Shown here piece by piece: positions 48,995-62,779 of a DNA stretch of 64,000 nucleotides. The position numbers and the translations under genes were made by a program. The stretch spans positions 434,001 through 498,000 of the forward strand of contig NIVC01000099.1 in the NCBI GenBank assembly GCA_002269645.1, written 5' to 3'. The notes under the pieces are model-generated. The model did not search any database. It was not told the origin of the DNA and saw only the letters and a program-made list of their open reading frames with translations. This DNA comes from Macrostomum lignano (Eukaryota). Every line of letters starts with the position of its first letter. Positions within the stretch are counted from its first letter, which is position 1.

Positions 48995-49775
48995 CAGGTC
49001 ATCCTGACACAGCATCCATCATCTAGACCTCACCTGACACAGAATCCATCATCTAGATCTCACCTGACACAGCATCCGGCATCTCGATTTCACCTGACAC
49101 AGCATCCGGCATCTCGATCTCACCTGACACAGCATCCTGCATCAAGATCTCACCTGACACAGCATCCTGCATCAAGATCTCACCTGACACAGCATCCGGC
49201 ATCCAGATCTCACCTGACACAGCATCCTGCATCTCGATCTCACCTGACACAGCATCCGGCATCCAGATCTCACCTGACACAGCATCCGGCATCTCGATTT
49301 CACCTGACACAGCATCCGGCATCTCGATCTCACGATCTCACCTGACACAGCATCCTGCATCTCGATCTCACCTGACACAGCATCCGGCATCCAGATCTCA
49401 CCTGACACAGCATCCGGCATCTCGATTTCACCTGACACAGCATCCGGCATCTCGATCTCACGATCTCACCTGACACAGCATCCTGCATCTCGATCTCACC
49501 TGACACAGCATCCGGCATTCAAATCTCACCTGACACAGCATCCGTCATCCAGATCTCACCTGACACTGCATCCGGCATCCAGATCTCACCTGACACAGCA
49601 TCCGGCATCCAGATCTCACCTGACACTGCATCCGGCATCCAGATCTCACCTGACACTGCATCCGGCATCCAGATCTCACCTGACACAGCATCCGTCATCC
49701 AGATCTCACCTGACACAGCATCCTGCATCCAGATCTCACCTGACACAGCATCCGGCATCTCGATCTCACCTGACA
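48995..49775. repeat. 30-bp minisatellite (GATCTCACCTGACACAGCATCCGGCATC..)n
   Basis: About 26 units in opsin intron 2. Confidence 0.95.
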
Positions 49776-50302
49776 CAGCTGCTGGTCTTTTTCTGAGGCA
49801 ATCTTATCTCTTTTTAAAGAAACTCACCCTAACTGACGCACCGTCTATCCCAGGTTTGCCATCTTGAGTTTAGAACTAACAGATTTAAAAGCGATAAAAA
49901 TCAGTTTTCAGAACTAATTTGAACCCTCCCTAAAAACGCAGCCAAAGCAACTCAGACCAGGCATAGCTAAAAGCAGACAGACAGAAATGAGGTTCCCATG
50001 ATGAATCCTTAGCACTATTAAAGAAAGTATTCTTCCAGGCAGCTAGAATAGGCGGATAGATAAGCCAGAGGCTTATCTGTCACGGACTGTGCCTATATTA
50101 ATGCCATCAATAATATATTTATTCACTAGGTGCGTCTCCGGCAAAAGCCCGACTCAAATTCCGCCTAGTAGAAAAGGAGCTCTGCTAGCTGCGAATGTTC
50201 CTGGTTCGAGCATCAGCTGGTGACTGAAATTATTTAATCATAGGAGTATTAAACTTAGGCGCAAGACATTTGACTCTCTACTAACGTATTGCAATGGGAG
50301 AT

Positions 50303-50427
50303 TATACATACGGTACTAGAGGTAAACAATAAGCAAAATCACGAGTGGCGTAGCCACGATCACTCGTGGCTAAACGATAGCCACGAGTGATCTTTGCTTA
50401 TTGTTTAACGATAGTACCGTATGTATA
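50303..50427. mobile_element. Palindromic MITE-like element
   Basis: Terminal TATACATACGGTACTA..TAAACAATAAGCAAA is mirrored at the right end, with possible TA TSD. Inner perfect 15-bp stem at 50358-50372/50378-50392. Confidence 0.7.
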
Positions 50428-52084
50428 GACTTATTGTCACTATCGTTTAGCATACTCGACTAGAAGCATTGTAATTATACTTTTACCCAGACGCAATGAA
50501 AAAATATTTTGGCCATTATTCCACAGTTTTGATGTGTACCATAGACATTTGGATTGAAAAAATCCATCGCTCAGTATTTTTGTTAATAAATACAGAACAA
50601 CAAGAAGTGAATGAACAAAAAGGAAAAATCATTAAAACTAAAGTACCAGCTACACGAAAAGAGTTAATAATAAATGTCACAGCTAGTGCAGTTTATCAGT
50701 TTGTAGTCGAAATTTGACAATGTAAAAATCAATTTGTCACCCAAAGTGAAACATGCACAGTTCTCAAAGCCGCAGTTTCCAAAGATGCTCGACACTTTAG
50801 CCTGATGATTTGGCACTGCAAAAGGAGTTGGTCTATGTTGAATGTTTTCTATGAAAGAGGAATACTGGTGCTCAAGTATAGTTGCCGAACTTACCATTTG
50901 AAAGATGCACGACTTGGTTAAGTTGGCATGCGACTGATGAGCTTCGTCTGATGAGCTTCTTTGGTACCGCAGTATCCAAGCTGGGATTCTTTGGGACTGT
51001 CGGCTGCTCGACTGAATCGATTCACCGCTTTCAGGCATCGTTTATAGCCGTCGAGGCGTTGAAGACTGCATGGTCGCGTTTTCTTCCTAGGTAGTGCCGC
51101 ACGGTTCGTTCAGTCGTCGACAGGAAGATTTTTTCAATTAATAAGCGCGGCTGTTTGACGAGATGCACTATAGCCATAGTTATGGTCAACTAAGCCACAC
51201 AACTCAGTCGTCTATGGGTAAAACAACTCTTAAAACAGCCAATTGAAGCATGATAAAAAGTGTGGAATAATGACAGCGACAAAAGTGTGGAATAATGGCC
51301 GCAAAAGTGTGGAATAATGACTGAGCGCTGAGTGAAAGTATAAATACAATGCACTTGTATAGTATGCAACTTCGTTGAATAATGGCCATAGACACTCGTG
51401 CGCTACGCGCACTCGAGTTTTGGCCATTATTCAACTCAGTTGCATACTATACAATCTACCATTGTTTAACGCTGAAGCGTTGTTTAACGCCGATTGTTTA
51501 ACGATGTCTCAGCGAATCAGAAACGTCCTAGACTGCGCAGGTTTTGGCCATAGACATCGACAACGACATCGACACTGCCATAGGAAGCGCTATGGAGCGA
51601 TTCCAAGTGTACCATAGACTATCGAGTGAATATAGAGTAGAGAAAAGCAGGGGACTGTGGCTTGATATAAGCTTGCTTGCTTTAACATCAACCACTAAAA
51701 TGCATCTAATAAATTGGAAAAATCTGCCTACTGATTCTCTTAACGGAGTGTCTTCAAGCGAAATGGATTTCCTTTCTCTGCTGAGTGCAACCGACCACGC
51801 TGGCGACGCTGACCTAGCGGAGTTCACCCGTTTCTTAGAAGATCCTACGATGGATGACCATTCGGTTCTGGATACAACCCCTACCGGATATATCAGATGA
51901 CGCTCCTCTCACGGGAGAAGATATGTGATTTGATAAATGGTGATTTGTCATAACAATTAGCTAATTGCTTTTAATGCTTCACTACACACATTTTAAAATG
52001 CATTCTATGTTTTTTATATGCTTGGTTTTGTTAAAGTGTGTGCTTAAATGGGTATTCTGTTTCTCTGTACTCAATTTGGTGACA

Positions 52085-52900
52085 TGTGTATGTAAAAATG
52101 CATATTCTACGTTTTTCTATGCTCTCAATTTGTTTAAATGTATGTAAAAATGCGTGTTCTACGTTTTTCTATGCTCTCAATTTGTTTAAATGTATGTAAA
52201 AATGCGTATTCTACGTTTTTCTATGCTCTCAATTTGTTTAAATGTATGTAAAAATGCGTGTTCTACGTTTTTCTATGCTCTCAATTTGTTTAAATGTATG
52301 TAAAAATGCGTGTTCTACGTTTTTCTATGCTCTCAATTTGTTTAAATGTATGTAAAAATGCATATTCTACGTTTTTCTATGCTCTCAATTTGTTTAAATG
52401 TATGTAAAAATGCATATTCTACGTTTTTCTATGCTCTCAATTTGTTTAAATGTATGTAAAAATGCGTATTCTACGTTTTTCTATGCTCTCAATTTGTTTA
52501 AATGTATGTAAAAATGCGTGTTCTACGTTTTTCTATGCTCTCAATTTGTTTAAATGTATGTAAAAATGCGTGTTCTACGTTTTTCTATGCTCTCAATTTG
52601 TTTAAATGTACGTAAAAATGCATATTCTACGTTTTTCTATGCTCTCAATTTGTTTAAATGTATGTAAAAATGCGTGTTCTACGTTTTTCTATGCTCTCAA
52701 TTTGTTTAAATGTATGTAAAAATGCGTGTTCTACGTTTTTCTATGCTCTCAATTTGTTTAAATGTATGTAAAAATGCGTGTTCTACGTTTTTCTATGCTC
52801 TCAATTTGTTTAAATGTATGTAAAAATGCGTGTTCTACGTTTTTCTATGCTCTCAATTTGTTTAAATGTATGTAAAAATGCGTATTCTACGTTTTTCCAC
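52085..52900. repeat. 52-bp minisatellite (TGTATGTAAAAATGCGTGTTCTACGTTTTTCTATGCTCTCAATTTGTTTAAA)n
   Basis: About 15 units. Confidence 0.96.
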
Positions 52901-53389
52901 GCTCAATTTGTTAACGCACAGTTTGTGTTAAAATGCGTATTTAGTTCATCTATGCTTTTTGTTTTGTTCATCCATGTATTTGTTAGCGCATGTGTTAAAA
53001 TGCGTAGCTTTCCTATGATTTTCTATTCCTAATGTTTTTCATGCATTGAACGTTTAGTACAATACATATAAAATAAATTGTCTATGGCAAAATTTTCAAT
53101 CATCGTTAAACAATCAATCTTTGACTGAAGCGTTGTTAGTGTGGTAAACCATAGTAACAATAAATCCTTGGAAATACTGACTTTGCCTAGCATGGTTTCA
53201 GCTCAAATGCTCAGAGCCAATCTTTTACTAATGAGTAAGTACACCGTCTAGGCATCTTAATCCCATTATGCAATCCTGGACTAGCTATATGCATCACTAG
53301 AATCAAAGCGTCAAGAACTCAAGAACGACTTGAGACTGTCAGTCACACTAACTTTCGCATTTAATCCACAACTGATCTTCACAAAACTC

Positions 53390-53800
53390 CACAGACATGC
53401 TCCACTGACATCCTGCACTGATATCCTCCACTGACATCCTCCACTGGCATCCTCCACTGACATCCTCCACTGACATCCTCGACAGACATCCTTCACTGAC
53501 ATCCTCCACTGACATCCTCCACTGACATCCTCGACAGACATCCTTCACTGACATCCTCCACTGACATCCTCCACTGACATCCTCGACAGACATCCTTCAC
53601 TGACATCCTCCACTGACATCCTCCACTGATATCCTCCACTGATATCCTCCACTGACATCCTTAACTGACATCCTCCATTCTCCACTGACATCCTCCATTC
53701 TCCACTGACATCCTCCATTCTCCACTGACACCCTCCAATGACATTTTCCATTCTCCACTGACATCCTCCAATGACATTTTCCATTCTCCGCTGACATTCT
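53390..53800. repeat. 13-bp minisatellite (ACTGACATCCTCC)n
   Basis: Directly visible, next to the opsin exon 2 donor. Confidence 0.92.
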
Positions 53801-53866
53801 CCACCCTCCACCAACATCGGACAAAGCATAGCAAAACCTGTAAGCTTCACTACCGCCTTCAAGCAC

Positions 53867-54218
53867 CTGCCAGCTACGTACGTGCATGAAAATCGCCGCA
53901 TAGGAAGCCGCGATGACCGCCAGAGGCAGCAGAAACTCCCCAACCAGCAGGCTGACCAGGTAGGCCCGGTCGCCCGGCCGGCCGCTCTCCCAGTCCAGGT
54001 CGCAGGCGGCCACGTGACTGACCCGACGGACCCTGGCGACGCCGAACATCGGTGGCAAACTCCAGGCGGCGCCGATGGTCGCGCAGGCTACGACTAGGGC
54101 GAAGGCGTGCCAGTTGTCGAACGGCCGGTTCCGGGTGACCATTCGGCACCGCAGAGCGGACAGCCCGGCCAGCAGGTTGATGTTAAACAGGCCGATGGCA
54201 CAGGTGCTGAACACGTAC
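53867..54218 (-). CDS. Divergent opsin, exon 2 (TM3-TM5)
   Basis: TTCCAG|G TAC completes Trp. YVFSTCAIGLFNINLLAGLSALRC...AWSLPPMFG...ACDLDW...FLLPLAVIAASY. Phase-0 donor at 53866 (an alternative GTACGT donor at 53881 is also in phase). Confidence 0.9.
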
Positions 54219-55481
54219 CTGGAAATCGAAACTTGTTGATGGCATCTGCAGCCGCCTCTTTACCCCCAGCTTTGATTAAAGCAAGATTAATAACAAGGAC
54301 AAGAAGGAGATTAATAGGATTGCGTTCACGATTGAATGAGGCACGATTAGTTATAAAGCAAAGCTGCTTAAAGTCGGGATTAAGTCGAAGCTGCCTTTGA
54401 TCGCGGGGGTTGCAAGAAAAAATGGATCAGGTCGCTTGCGAGTCTCTGTCTTAATGCGATCCCGCGTGTTCTTCGTTACAAAGAAACGGCTAGCTTAACA
54501 AGAGCGCTTTAACAGTCTGGAAACCACTTACAGGTGGATTACATGGTTGGCTGAAGAATCGTATCATATGTTGCATTTTCCTAGCACCATTAGACTCGAT
54601 GTTTTATGTAGTTCTGCTTTTACGCACTGTAGCTGCTGTTGTGAATTATAGGGCATGACTGACGCACATCAAAAACATACGCAGTCCTTTACTTGTGTTC
54701 AATGGCTGTGTCGAGCTCCACTGCTTCTGCTCTCTACGAGTACTTAGCTTTGATAGCGGTGAATTTAAACTGAAGGATGTTTTGTGTATCAGATTAAACA
54801 TGCCTTTTGAGGGAGTTATTTGTATAAATCACGAGGGTCTGAGTTATTTGTAATCTCGTATAAACCATAGACATAAAGACTTTACGAGATATTATTGAAT
54901 ATTACCAAATAAAATCCCGGAGAACGCAAATATTGTCCCGGAAAGTCTTTATTTCTATGGATTATATCTTGCTAGAGAACATACTTGGCGCAGAATGGGC
55001 CCGAACCGATTGTTTTTTTGTCTAGGGCACAATCTATTATTTTATAATAAAGTAGTTACGACATGCATCCCAAGAGGAGTTACGCAAGCGGAGCAATACG
55101 ATAGCTCAAACCGCTTAAGTTAATTATTTGTCTTCCTAACTTAACCAGTAGACTTAGAGCTACAGGTCGGAGCAGAAGACATAACAGGATGCCATCATGA
55201 GAATCTCATGAGAGCGGGGGTCAGAGAGTAATTCAGTACTTAATGCATCTGACTCTCGCCCATGTGGACCAATCTTGGACTTATTAATATACGAATAAGT
55301 GACCAGCCCCAAGGCACAGAGTGTGTACCTTCCCCACTATGAGAAAGTAAAAAGTGCCCAAGGCTGTTGTTGGCTGTGGGTCGACTATCGATCGCTTTTT
55401 GATTTGTGGCAACCGGCTCCCTCAAACTAACTAATTGTCTGACAGGGAAAGGTCGTGCATGGTTTACCAGCCTCAACTCAC

Positions 55482-55780
55482 CAGTAGCACCAGCCGATGT
55501 GGAAGGCCCATTCGCCAGCCAGCCAGGCGGAGGTGAGATTCAGTGACGCGGCCACCAGCACGCAGATGCAGTTGCCTAGGAAACCGGCGCACAGTACCAG
55601 CATGGATGGATTGCGCAGCGACTGCGAGGCCAAAATGTTGTATGCCGACAGAGCGTTGGAGGCGAAGCTTACGACGAACACGACGGTAAACCAAGTGGCG
55701 TTGGCGCAGTGACCCCAGCTGATGTTGGTTGGAAAGTCAGTGTAGTTACTAGGAGGAGTTGCTCCGTTTGCCGAACTCAT
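55482..55780 (-). CDS. Divergent opsin, exon 1 (N-terminus, TM1, TM2)
   Basis: MSSANGATPPSNYT...VSFASNALS...SLRNPS...GEWAFHIGWCYW, with phase-2 donor TG|GTGAGT. The four exons total 1146 nt (381 aa plus stop). An upstream in-frame ATG at 55822 is possible. Confidence 0.88.
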
Positions 55781-57010
55781 TGCGCCAGCTTCTCTGTGAT
55801 GGGTCTCAAGATGACCCAGCATGACAATAGCTGCAGATCAGGCGATGGCCCAGAAGAAGAGGATAATCAAAGTCAAGCCCAATCCGGCAGTCTTTAGAAA
55901 CACCGCCGTCTGATTGGCTGGCCGATGCGTTAGTAGCATGGACATTTTCCATTAAATGCCTTTCCCTCCGGAGCCTTGAAATTTTTAAAACTCATCCCGA
56001 GGCCCGAGATAGGTCTTTATCGAGATCGGCAAAGGGGAAGTAAGAAATTTGAAGTGGAAGAAAAGAGAAGAAAACTCTGATTTGGGAGATTGGCTTACCT
56101 GTTAAGATATCCTAGCTGCTTGGGGCACTGATACTGGTACCTGGTACCACCAACTTTTCTTCCGTTTTGAGGTAAGGCACCCTTGGGTCCTGCTTTCCCA
56201 GCCTTGCTGCTGTTTCCATGCAGCAAATAGGCAAATCTGATCGAGAATAACTTTTATTTATTCTTGCCATTCCTTCAATCCGACTTATTTCTATGTGTAC
56301 TTTGCAGCCTGAACTTCTCAGTGGTCATTCTGTCCAATATTATAACCCTAAAAATAGCCAAAAACGTGTCGAAGAAAAGTTATATTTCGTCGTTGTGTAA
56401 GTGCAGCTCTGTTGGCTAACAGTAACATGTCCTAATTATGTGTACGTGGGTTGCCTGTAGCCCATCTAATCCACATGCATTTCCTGCTGAAAAAAATTGT
56501 AGTCAGCAGACTGCTTAATTTGATGGCACTTGATTTCGAAGCAATTTCAAGTCCTGGAATATTCGATTTAATAAACTATTTTACATGCAAATATGAGCAC
56601 ACTGTTCAAAAATTTTCGAGTTGTAAAATTTATTTGATGAGTCAATAACTCCAAAAAAGCCTCATGTACAGACAGATAAAGTACATTAAAATATTTTTTT
56701 TAATTGGTTCATCAGAGAATAGGAAATTTGGGTTCGACCCACTATCGTCGAATGAATCTGTATCGTGTAGTTACAAGCAAAGGTCTACTTGGTTACCAAT
56801 TGTATGTATACACTGTGTGTTACGTTCACTGTAAAACAAAATCTTTACCAAACCCTTGCGTGTACAAATGCATGTATGTACATATCCAGGCGCGTCGCCA
56901 CCGGGGGGGGGGATGGACATGTCCCATCCCCAGTAAAAGCTATGGGGGACATGCCAATGCTTCGTCCCCCCACCCCACCTGCATATGTAATTGTGGCCCA
57001 TTATGGTAAT

Positions 57011-60000
57011 TGATGTAGAGACTATTGATTGACTGAGCTGTCTATGGTTTAAGCTTTTATGCTATCGTTCAGTGCGCGGCATCGCTTTATTTCAATAAAA
57101 TATACATATACAATAAAATATAAAACATGGCGTCCCATAGCAGCGATTAACTGCCAAACGCTTTCGTGACAGCTACTTAGCGACCATGATGTCGCCAACT
57201 AAAGCCCTACAGCAGTCACCAACCAAGTCACCACCATCGGCACCAACAAAAGCTCCTCCACCGGAGAGGCTAACGAGCCGAGATGAGTCAGCGCGGAGAA
57301 TTTCACTCCCGGGTCTACAGATCCCTCGCTTAGACCTATCCACAGACACGCTGGATGAGTTCGACGCGTGGCGTGCAACATTTGAGGCCTACTTCGAGGC
57401 TATTAGAGCAGCTGATCTCCGCCATAATGGCGTTGTACTGTGCTACGAGAGCAGCTGTGATGACGCCGGACGGCCTGTCGGACTCTTCGAGACATCCTCC
57501 GGGGTGCACCAGGGGGACACTCTAGCGCCGTTCCTGTTCGTCTTGGTGCTTGACTGGGTGCTACGAACTGCTCTTCCTACCGACGAAGATGGCTTCCTAC
57601 TGCGGCGACGCGTAGGTCAACGTCAACCGGAGAAACGGCTCAGCGTGCTTGGCTACGCCGATGACCTCGCCCTGCTGTCCTCGACCGCAGAGGGCGCCCA
57701 GCGCCAGCTGGACAAGCTGTTTAGCGCTGCAGCGAGCATCGCCCAGGTGGTCAACACGAAGAAGACCGTTGTGCTCTGCGTGCCGGCGACATCGAAGCCG
57801 CAATTTTCTGCCGAGGCGCTGGCGGGCAGGTAACGGAGCTTCCGCGCTGTCAGCAGTTCGTCTACCTCAGCGGTCTGGTACCTGACGTCCGCAAAGATCT
57901 GCGGCGTCGCCGCGGGCTCGTTTGGGCTGCCTTTCGCTCTGTGAGGGCGGTCCTGCAGTCCGAGGCCCTACCTGACCGCCAGAGGGCGGCGCTGTTCCAG
58001 GCGGTGGTCGAGACCGTTCTGTTGTACAACGCCGAGACCTGGACGCTGACGGATTCGCTCGAACAGCAAGTCAACGCGGCGCACGCTGGCCTGCTGCGCG
58101 CCGCCTTTAAGATCAGCGACGAGCAGATCACTATCGCGGCACTCAATCGCCGCGCCGGCCTGGCCCGTCCAAGTGAACTGCTGCGACTTCGGCGACTCCA
58201 GCTGGCAGGCCACATCATCCGCGCCGAGTCCTACTGCCCGCAGCCGGTGCAGGAGGTGCTGCTGCTAACGTTGCAGGCACCCTACCGGCGCGGCCAGGCC
58301 CGAACTCGGCGTTTCATCGACTGCCTGCTGGCCGACGCTGGCGCCCCGGACTCTGCCGGCGGTGCGGCCTTTGTTCGCGCCCAGGCTCTGAAGCGTGCCC
58401 TGTGACGCTGCTTTTTTCCACCTGACAGCGTACTTTGCTGTTGTTGTTGTTGTTGTTTTTGTTGTTGTTCGAGGCTATGGACATTAACAACCTCGCAAGT
58501 GACAGCCGGGCTATTGCAGGTCAGAAAAAAGCCAGTCGCAGAGCTTGCATGCTCAGCGAATTCTCAGCAGCCACGTTCTGCAAATACCAGAACCTTGCCC
58601 TGTCCGAAAAAAGAGCTGAAAGACCCCGAAAAAGTCATCAAAGCGCTTCGAGAGCATTTGACGGGCCAAGTCAATATAATAGTAGAAAGAAACCGCTTCT
58701 GGAGACGACAGCAAAAGGACGGAGAAACATACAACGAATATTTTCTTGAGCTACGAAATTTAATGAGAACATGCCAATCCTGTGAACACTCAGACGACCT
58801 TCTGAGAGATAAAATCTTACTCGGAGTTAACAACTCAGAAACAGTGAAGAAGCTACTGGCTGAGCCGACCCTCACTCTCGCAGGAGCCCTACAAGTATGC
58901 AGAGCCGAGGAGGCGAGGATATTGGATCCTAAGCTTGAAATGGTACGCAACAGCTACAAATCCGCACATGCAAGACTTGATCAGTGTGATAATGGCCGGA
59001 TTTCCTCAAAATAAACAGGATTTACTCGAGCACCTAAGACCATACTGGCAAGTACGTGAAAAGCTTTCAGTGGAAAATGGTGTTATACATTTGTACTATA
59101 TGGATGCAGATGCGTGATACCGAAATCACTGCGCCGAGAAATGCTCTCACTGCTGCACTCCAGTCATCAAGGTACCGCCAAGACAAAGCAAAGAGCTCGC
59201 ATGATCCTTTTCTGGCCGAATATGGATAAAGAAATTGAGGACTACGTCAACAACTGTAAATCATGTCGGAAAGTTTTGCCATCACAAGTTCGAGAACCAA
59301 TTAAGATTAGAGATCTGCCAACGTGATGTTTTCAAGAAGTCCATGGAGATATTTCTGCGAGTATGGTGGAAAAAAGTATCCCGTGATCGTGGATGGTTAC
59401 TCGGGCTGGCTTAGTATCTTAATATCTTAGTATCTTAGAAACAACCATGCACCAACACACAAATTGTTCAACGCTTGCAGGGAACTGTTTAGCCAAACAT
59501 CGGTACCCGAAAAATTTTGGTGTGACTCAGGACCACAATTCAAAGCCGAAGCATTCCTAAACTTTCTGAAACGATGGGGAGTTGAGGCCTGTTTCTCCTC
59601 TCCGCACTATCATCAGAGAAACGGCAAGGCAGAAGCAGCAATCAAAACAGCCAAGAAGATCATACGTGGATCCTGGGACACAAGAACTGGTGACATAGAC
59701 AAGGACGAGTTGGTCGAGGGGATATTGCAATATCGGAACACGCCTATGTACGGACGGGCGAGGCCCCGACATTCTCGTCTTTGGTAATCCAGCACGGGAC
59801 TCGCTGTCTGCTCACCGCAGATATTTTACTCCCGAATTGGCACAAGACTGCAGCCGAGCTGGAAGCCAAAGCAGCGGAAGTGCATGAAAAAGTTGTTCAC
59901 AGCTACAACAAGCGATTCCTGTCAAGGATGCCTAACAACATCGCTTGGCAAGAACAAGCGATTCCTGTCAAGGATTCGGATTGGAACCGAAGTCATGGTG

Positions 60001-60399
60001 CAGAACCCGGCGAATAAGCGTAGGGAACTGAAGGAAAGAGTATTGGAGATCGGAAAGAACAGAGGGACTATCTGATTAAGATGGTCAGCGGTCGGATTCT
60101 GCGGCGTAACCGTATATTTTTAAGAGTCTCATTCCCTGAGTGAGGATTTTCGATGCTCGACTCAGACCAAGACGCAACTTCTACCCAAAGAGAACCACGT
60201 TGAACAACGACCGATTTTAGTCGACCCTGTCAGACGGAGCACAAGGCAGGCCGACCAAAGGAGTTCCCCCACTACGTCTGGAGTACCAGAAACTTGGAGA
60301 GTCGAAGACTGTTCGGTTTCGCAAGAGCTAAAGGGGGGGGGGAGGTGATGTAGAGACTATTGATTGACTGAGCTGCCTATGGTGTAAGCTTTTATGCTA
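57011..60399 (+). mobile_element. Internally deleted, degenerate Gypsy element C (Mag-like gag and integrase)
   Basis: 5' LTR 57011-57127 (TG..CA) and PBS-like TGGCGTCC. gag has ERNRFWRRQQKDGET...LRDKILLG. Integrase has HSSHQG..C..C, CDSGPQF and NGKAEAAIK with frameshifts. No PR/RT/RH. PPT then a 3' LTR matching only 54 bp (60346-60399). Confidence 0.85.
57404..58467 (+). mobile_element. 5'-truncated RTE-like LINE inserted in gag of element C
   Basis: RT motifs GVHQGDTLAPFLF and YADD, a (TTG)n tail, and an 11-bp TSD TTCGAGGCTAT (57393-57403 and 58468-58478). Confidence 0.9.
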
Positions 60400-61484
60400 G
60401 TGAAAAACTATAGTGCTAGTATTTTTTCTATTAGAATAACAACGTAAAAAATTAATATTCATACATATCCTTTAGGTAATTTTTGACTGTCTTAGTTAAA
60501 AAAAATATTTGTTTGTCACGAAGCGTTCATAATTCAAAATTTTCATAATTCAACCTCCAGTCATGCGACGACGACGACGCACGTGCGTGCACACATCACC
60601 CTTGGCGGCCTTGGCCTACCTACCTAGCGCTAGCCGCTAGCATAGCGCACACTCGCGTAAATTAGCCCCTGAGCAAGCCTGGAAGCAAGACTTGCGACTT
60701 GTGTAGCGATTGGATAGCTGTAATTTTGGTTAACTGCATATTATTCTTGAGCTTTTCGCTTGCACTTGCAACAAAAAATCTAAACACAAACAGTTTTTTG
60801 GGAAGCAGTTAGAAGTTTGCGACTAAATTAGAGGCCTTTATTTTCAGTTTTGCCTTTTCACTGAATAGGCCTAGTCAAAATAAAGCATAAGGCTAGGCCT
60901 AATTTTGGTAAGTCTAATTGCAATTTAATTTATAACCATAGGCCTATCTTCAGTTTGTAACAACCAATTTAATTATAGGCCTATTGATTGCAGAATCCCA
61001 ACCTGGAAACCATGTTTCCAAATTTTCAAGCCTGCTGCCTGGTATTTAGGTATTACTATTATTAGGCCTAGTGGAAATTATGCCTGGGCCCTATATGTAG
61101 CAGGGCCTAATTAATAATAAATGTAGGCTTAGTCTGGTATATGCAAATTTTGATTTGATAAAGAGTAAAGTCAAAGATAGTAAAATAATTAGGCCTTTTG
61201 ATTAAGCTAGAGCCTGTAGGAGCCTATTCACCCTACTGTTTGATTATTTCATGATAATGATTAAAACATGTTAGGGTCCAAGCCAATGGCCATGCAATTA
61301 ATAATGGATTCTAATTTAGAGTCAAAGTTAGGCCTAAACTAGGCCTAGGGCCTAATATATATATAAGCTAAAGTTTAAAAAATCAAATGTAATAGGCCTA
61401 ATAAAATAAAGCAAAAGTTTTATACTACTGAATGATTCAAATAAGCCTAGGTAATTTGATATTTATAATTTGTAATATGAATTA

Positions 61485-62779
61485 CAGGGTATGGCATAAA
61501 AATTTGACCCTTCAGAAAAGAAATTTATTAACATGATTTATTATCAGTTATATTGCACTTATATTATAATGATAAAAGTGAATTCATAATAAAGCTTTGA
61601 CTGTCTAATTATTAATTCTTAATGTAGCCTCCCCTAGCTTCAAGCACAGCCTCAACATAGCAGCAAAAAGTATGGCAAGTCTGTCAAACAAAATCTTTAT
61701 CCAAATTGTCCCAGCTTAGCCAAATAGAGTATTTCAAAGCTGCGACACATGCATGGCTGACAGCCTACACCTCCTACATATGCGCCTAGATCCCAAAGTC
61801 CAGCAGGTTCAGATCTGGCAAGGAAGGTGGCCACATGTCCTTTGGCCACATGCAGCTGAGTGCCTCTTGCAGGTGATCCTAAGTGCTAGAGCACCTTCTT
61901 GCTAAAAGATATACCTACCATTAGGGTACTGTTGGTTGATCCAGGGGATGACCACAAAGTGACCAAGAGTCTGATATATGAGTCTGCATTGAGTTCTTGC
62001 TTTCCTCTATGAAGACAATGGGGCACTTCTTCCCATCTGATGTTAGCACCCCAAGCACCATGACCTTGGCTGGATGCTTGGTGGCCAAGTTGAAGCAAAC
62101 TTCTGGCACCATCTGCTTCTTCTTCAGATGCGATAAGTACCTACTGTTGCAGCAATTGAGCTATTGATTCACTATGAATAGATTCTTATCTGAGAAAATG
62201 CACACTATGCCAGCATTTTTGGTATCCTTCAGGAAGGCAAGCAGCTTCTTGCACCTGTCTAGCCTTGTCTGCTGAGTCTCTGGCATCAGTCGGGGCCAAA
62301 TCTCAACAGCGCCGCTGGCCATGCCAAGGTCATTGTGAATGAGCCTTTGTATGCTATGCTCAGACATCTCCATCTTGTCAGCCATCTTCCACATGGATTG
62401 CTAGGGATTCTTGGACACTGACTGTCAGATAGCCTCAACTGTCTCATCTATTCTCTGCAAATAAGGTTGGCCACTTCCCTCTTGTCTCTCAAGACTTAGT
62501 CCAGCACTGAGGTGGCACCTAGTGTCCTTCACCATGGTCCTAGACACTCCTAGAGCTGCCACAATTTCAAATATAGAGTAGTCTGCATGGACCTACTCTG
62601 ACACAAGCTCACATTTGAGTCTCTCCATTGAAGTTGGCAATAGTTATGAACTTTAGCTGGTAGCAAGGGCTTTTTCATACCTTTATGCAACCAAGGATTA
62701 AATATTGTGCACATTGGTTGCATAATCAACAACTAATGGAACATTTTCATAGGGGGTCAGATTTTTATGCCGCACCCTG
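61485..62779 (-). mobile_element. Tc1/mariner (DDD, maT-like) transposon, full length (1295 bp), heavily mutated
   Basis: ~28-bp TIRs CAGGGT..GGCATAAAAAT.TGACCC with TA on the left. Transposase pseudogene at 61612-62628 has HTH, IFSD, KHPAKVMV, PDLNLLDF and GGYI motifs with 9 in-frame stops and several indels. Confidence 0.88.
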
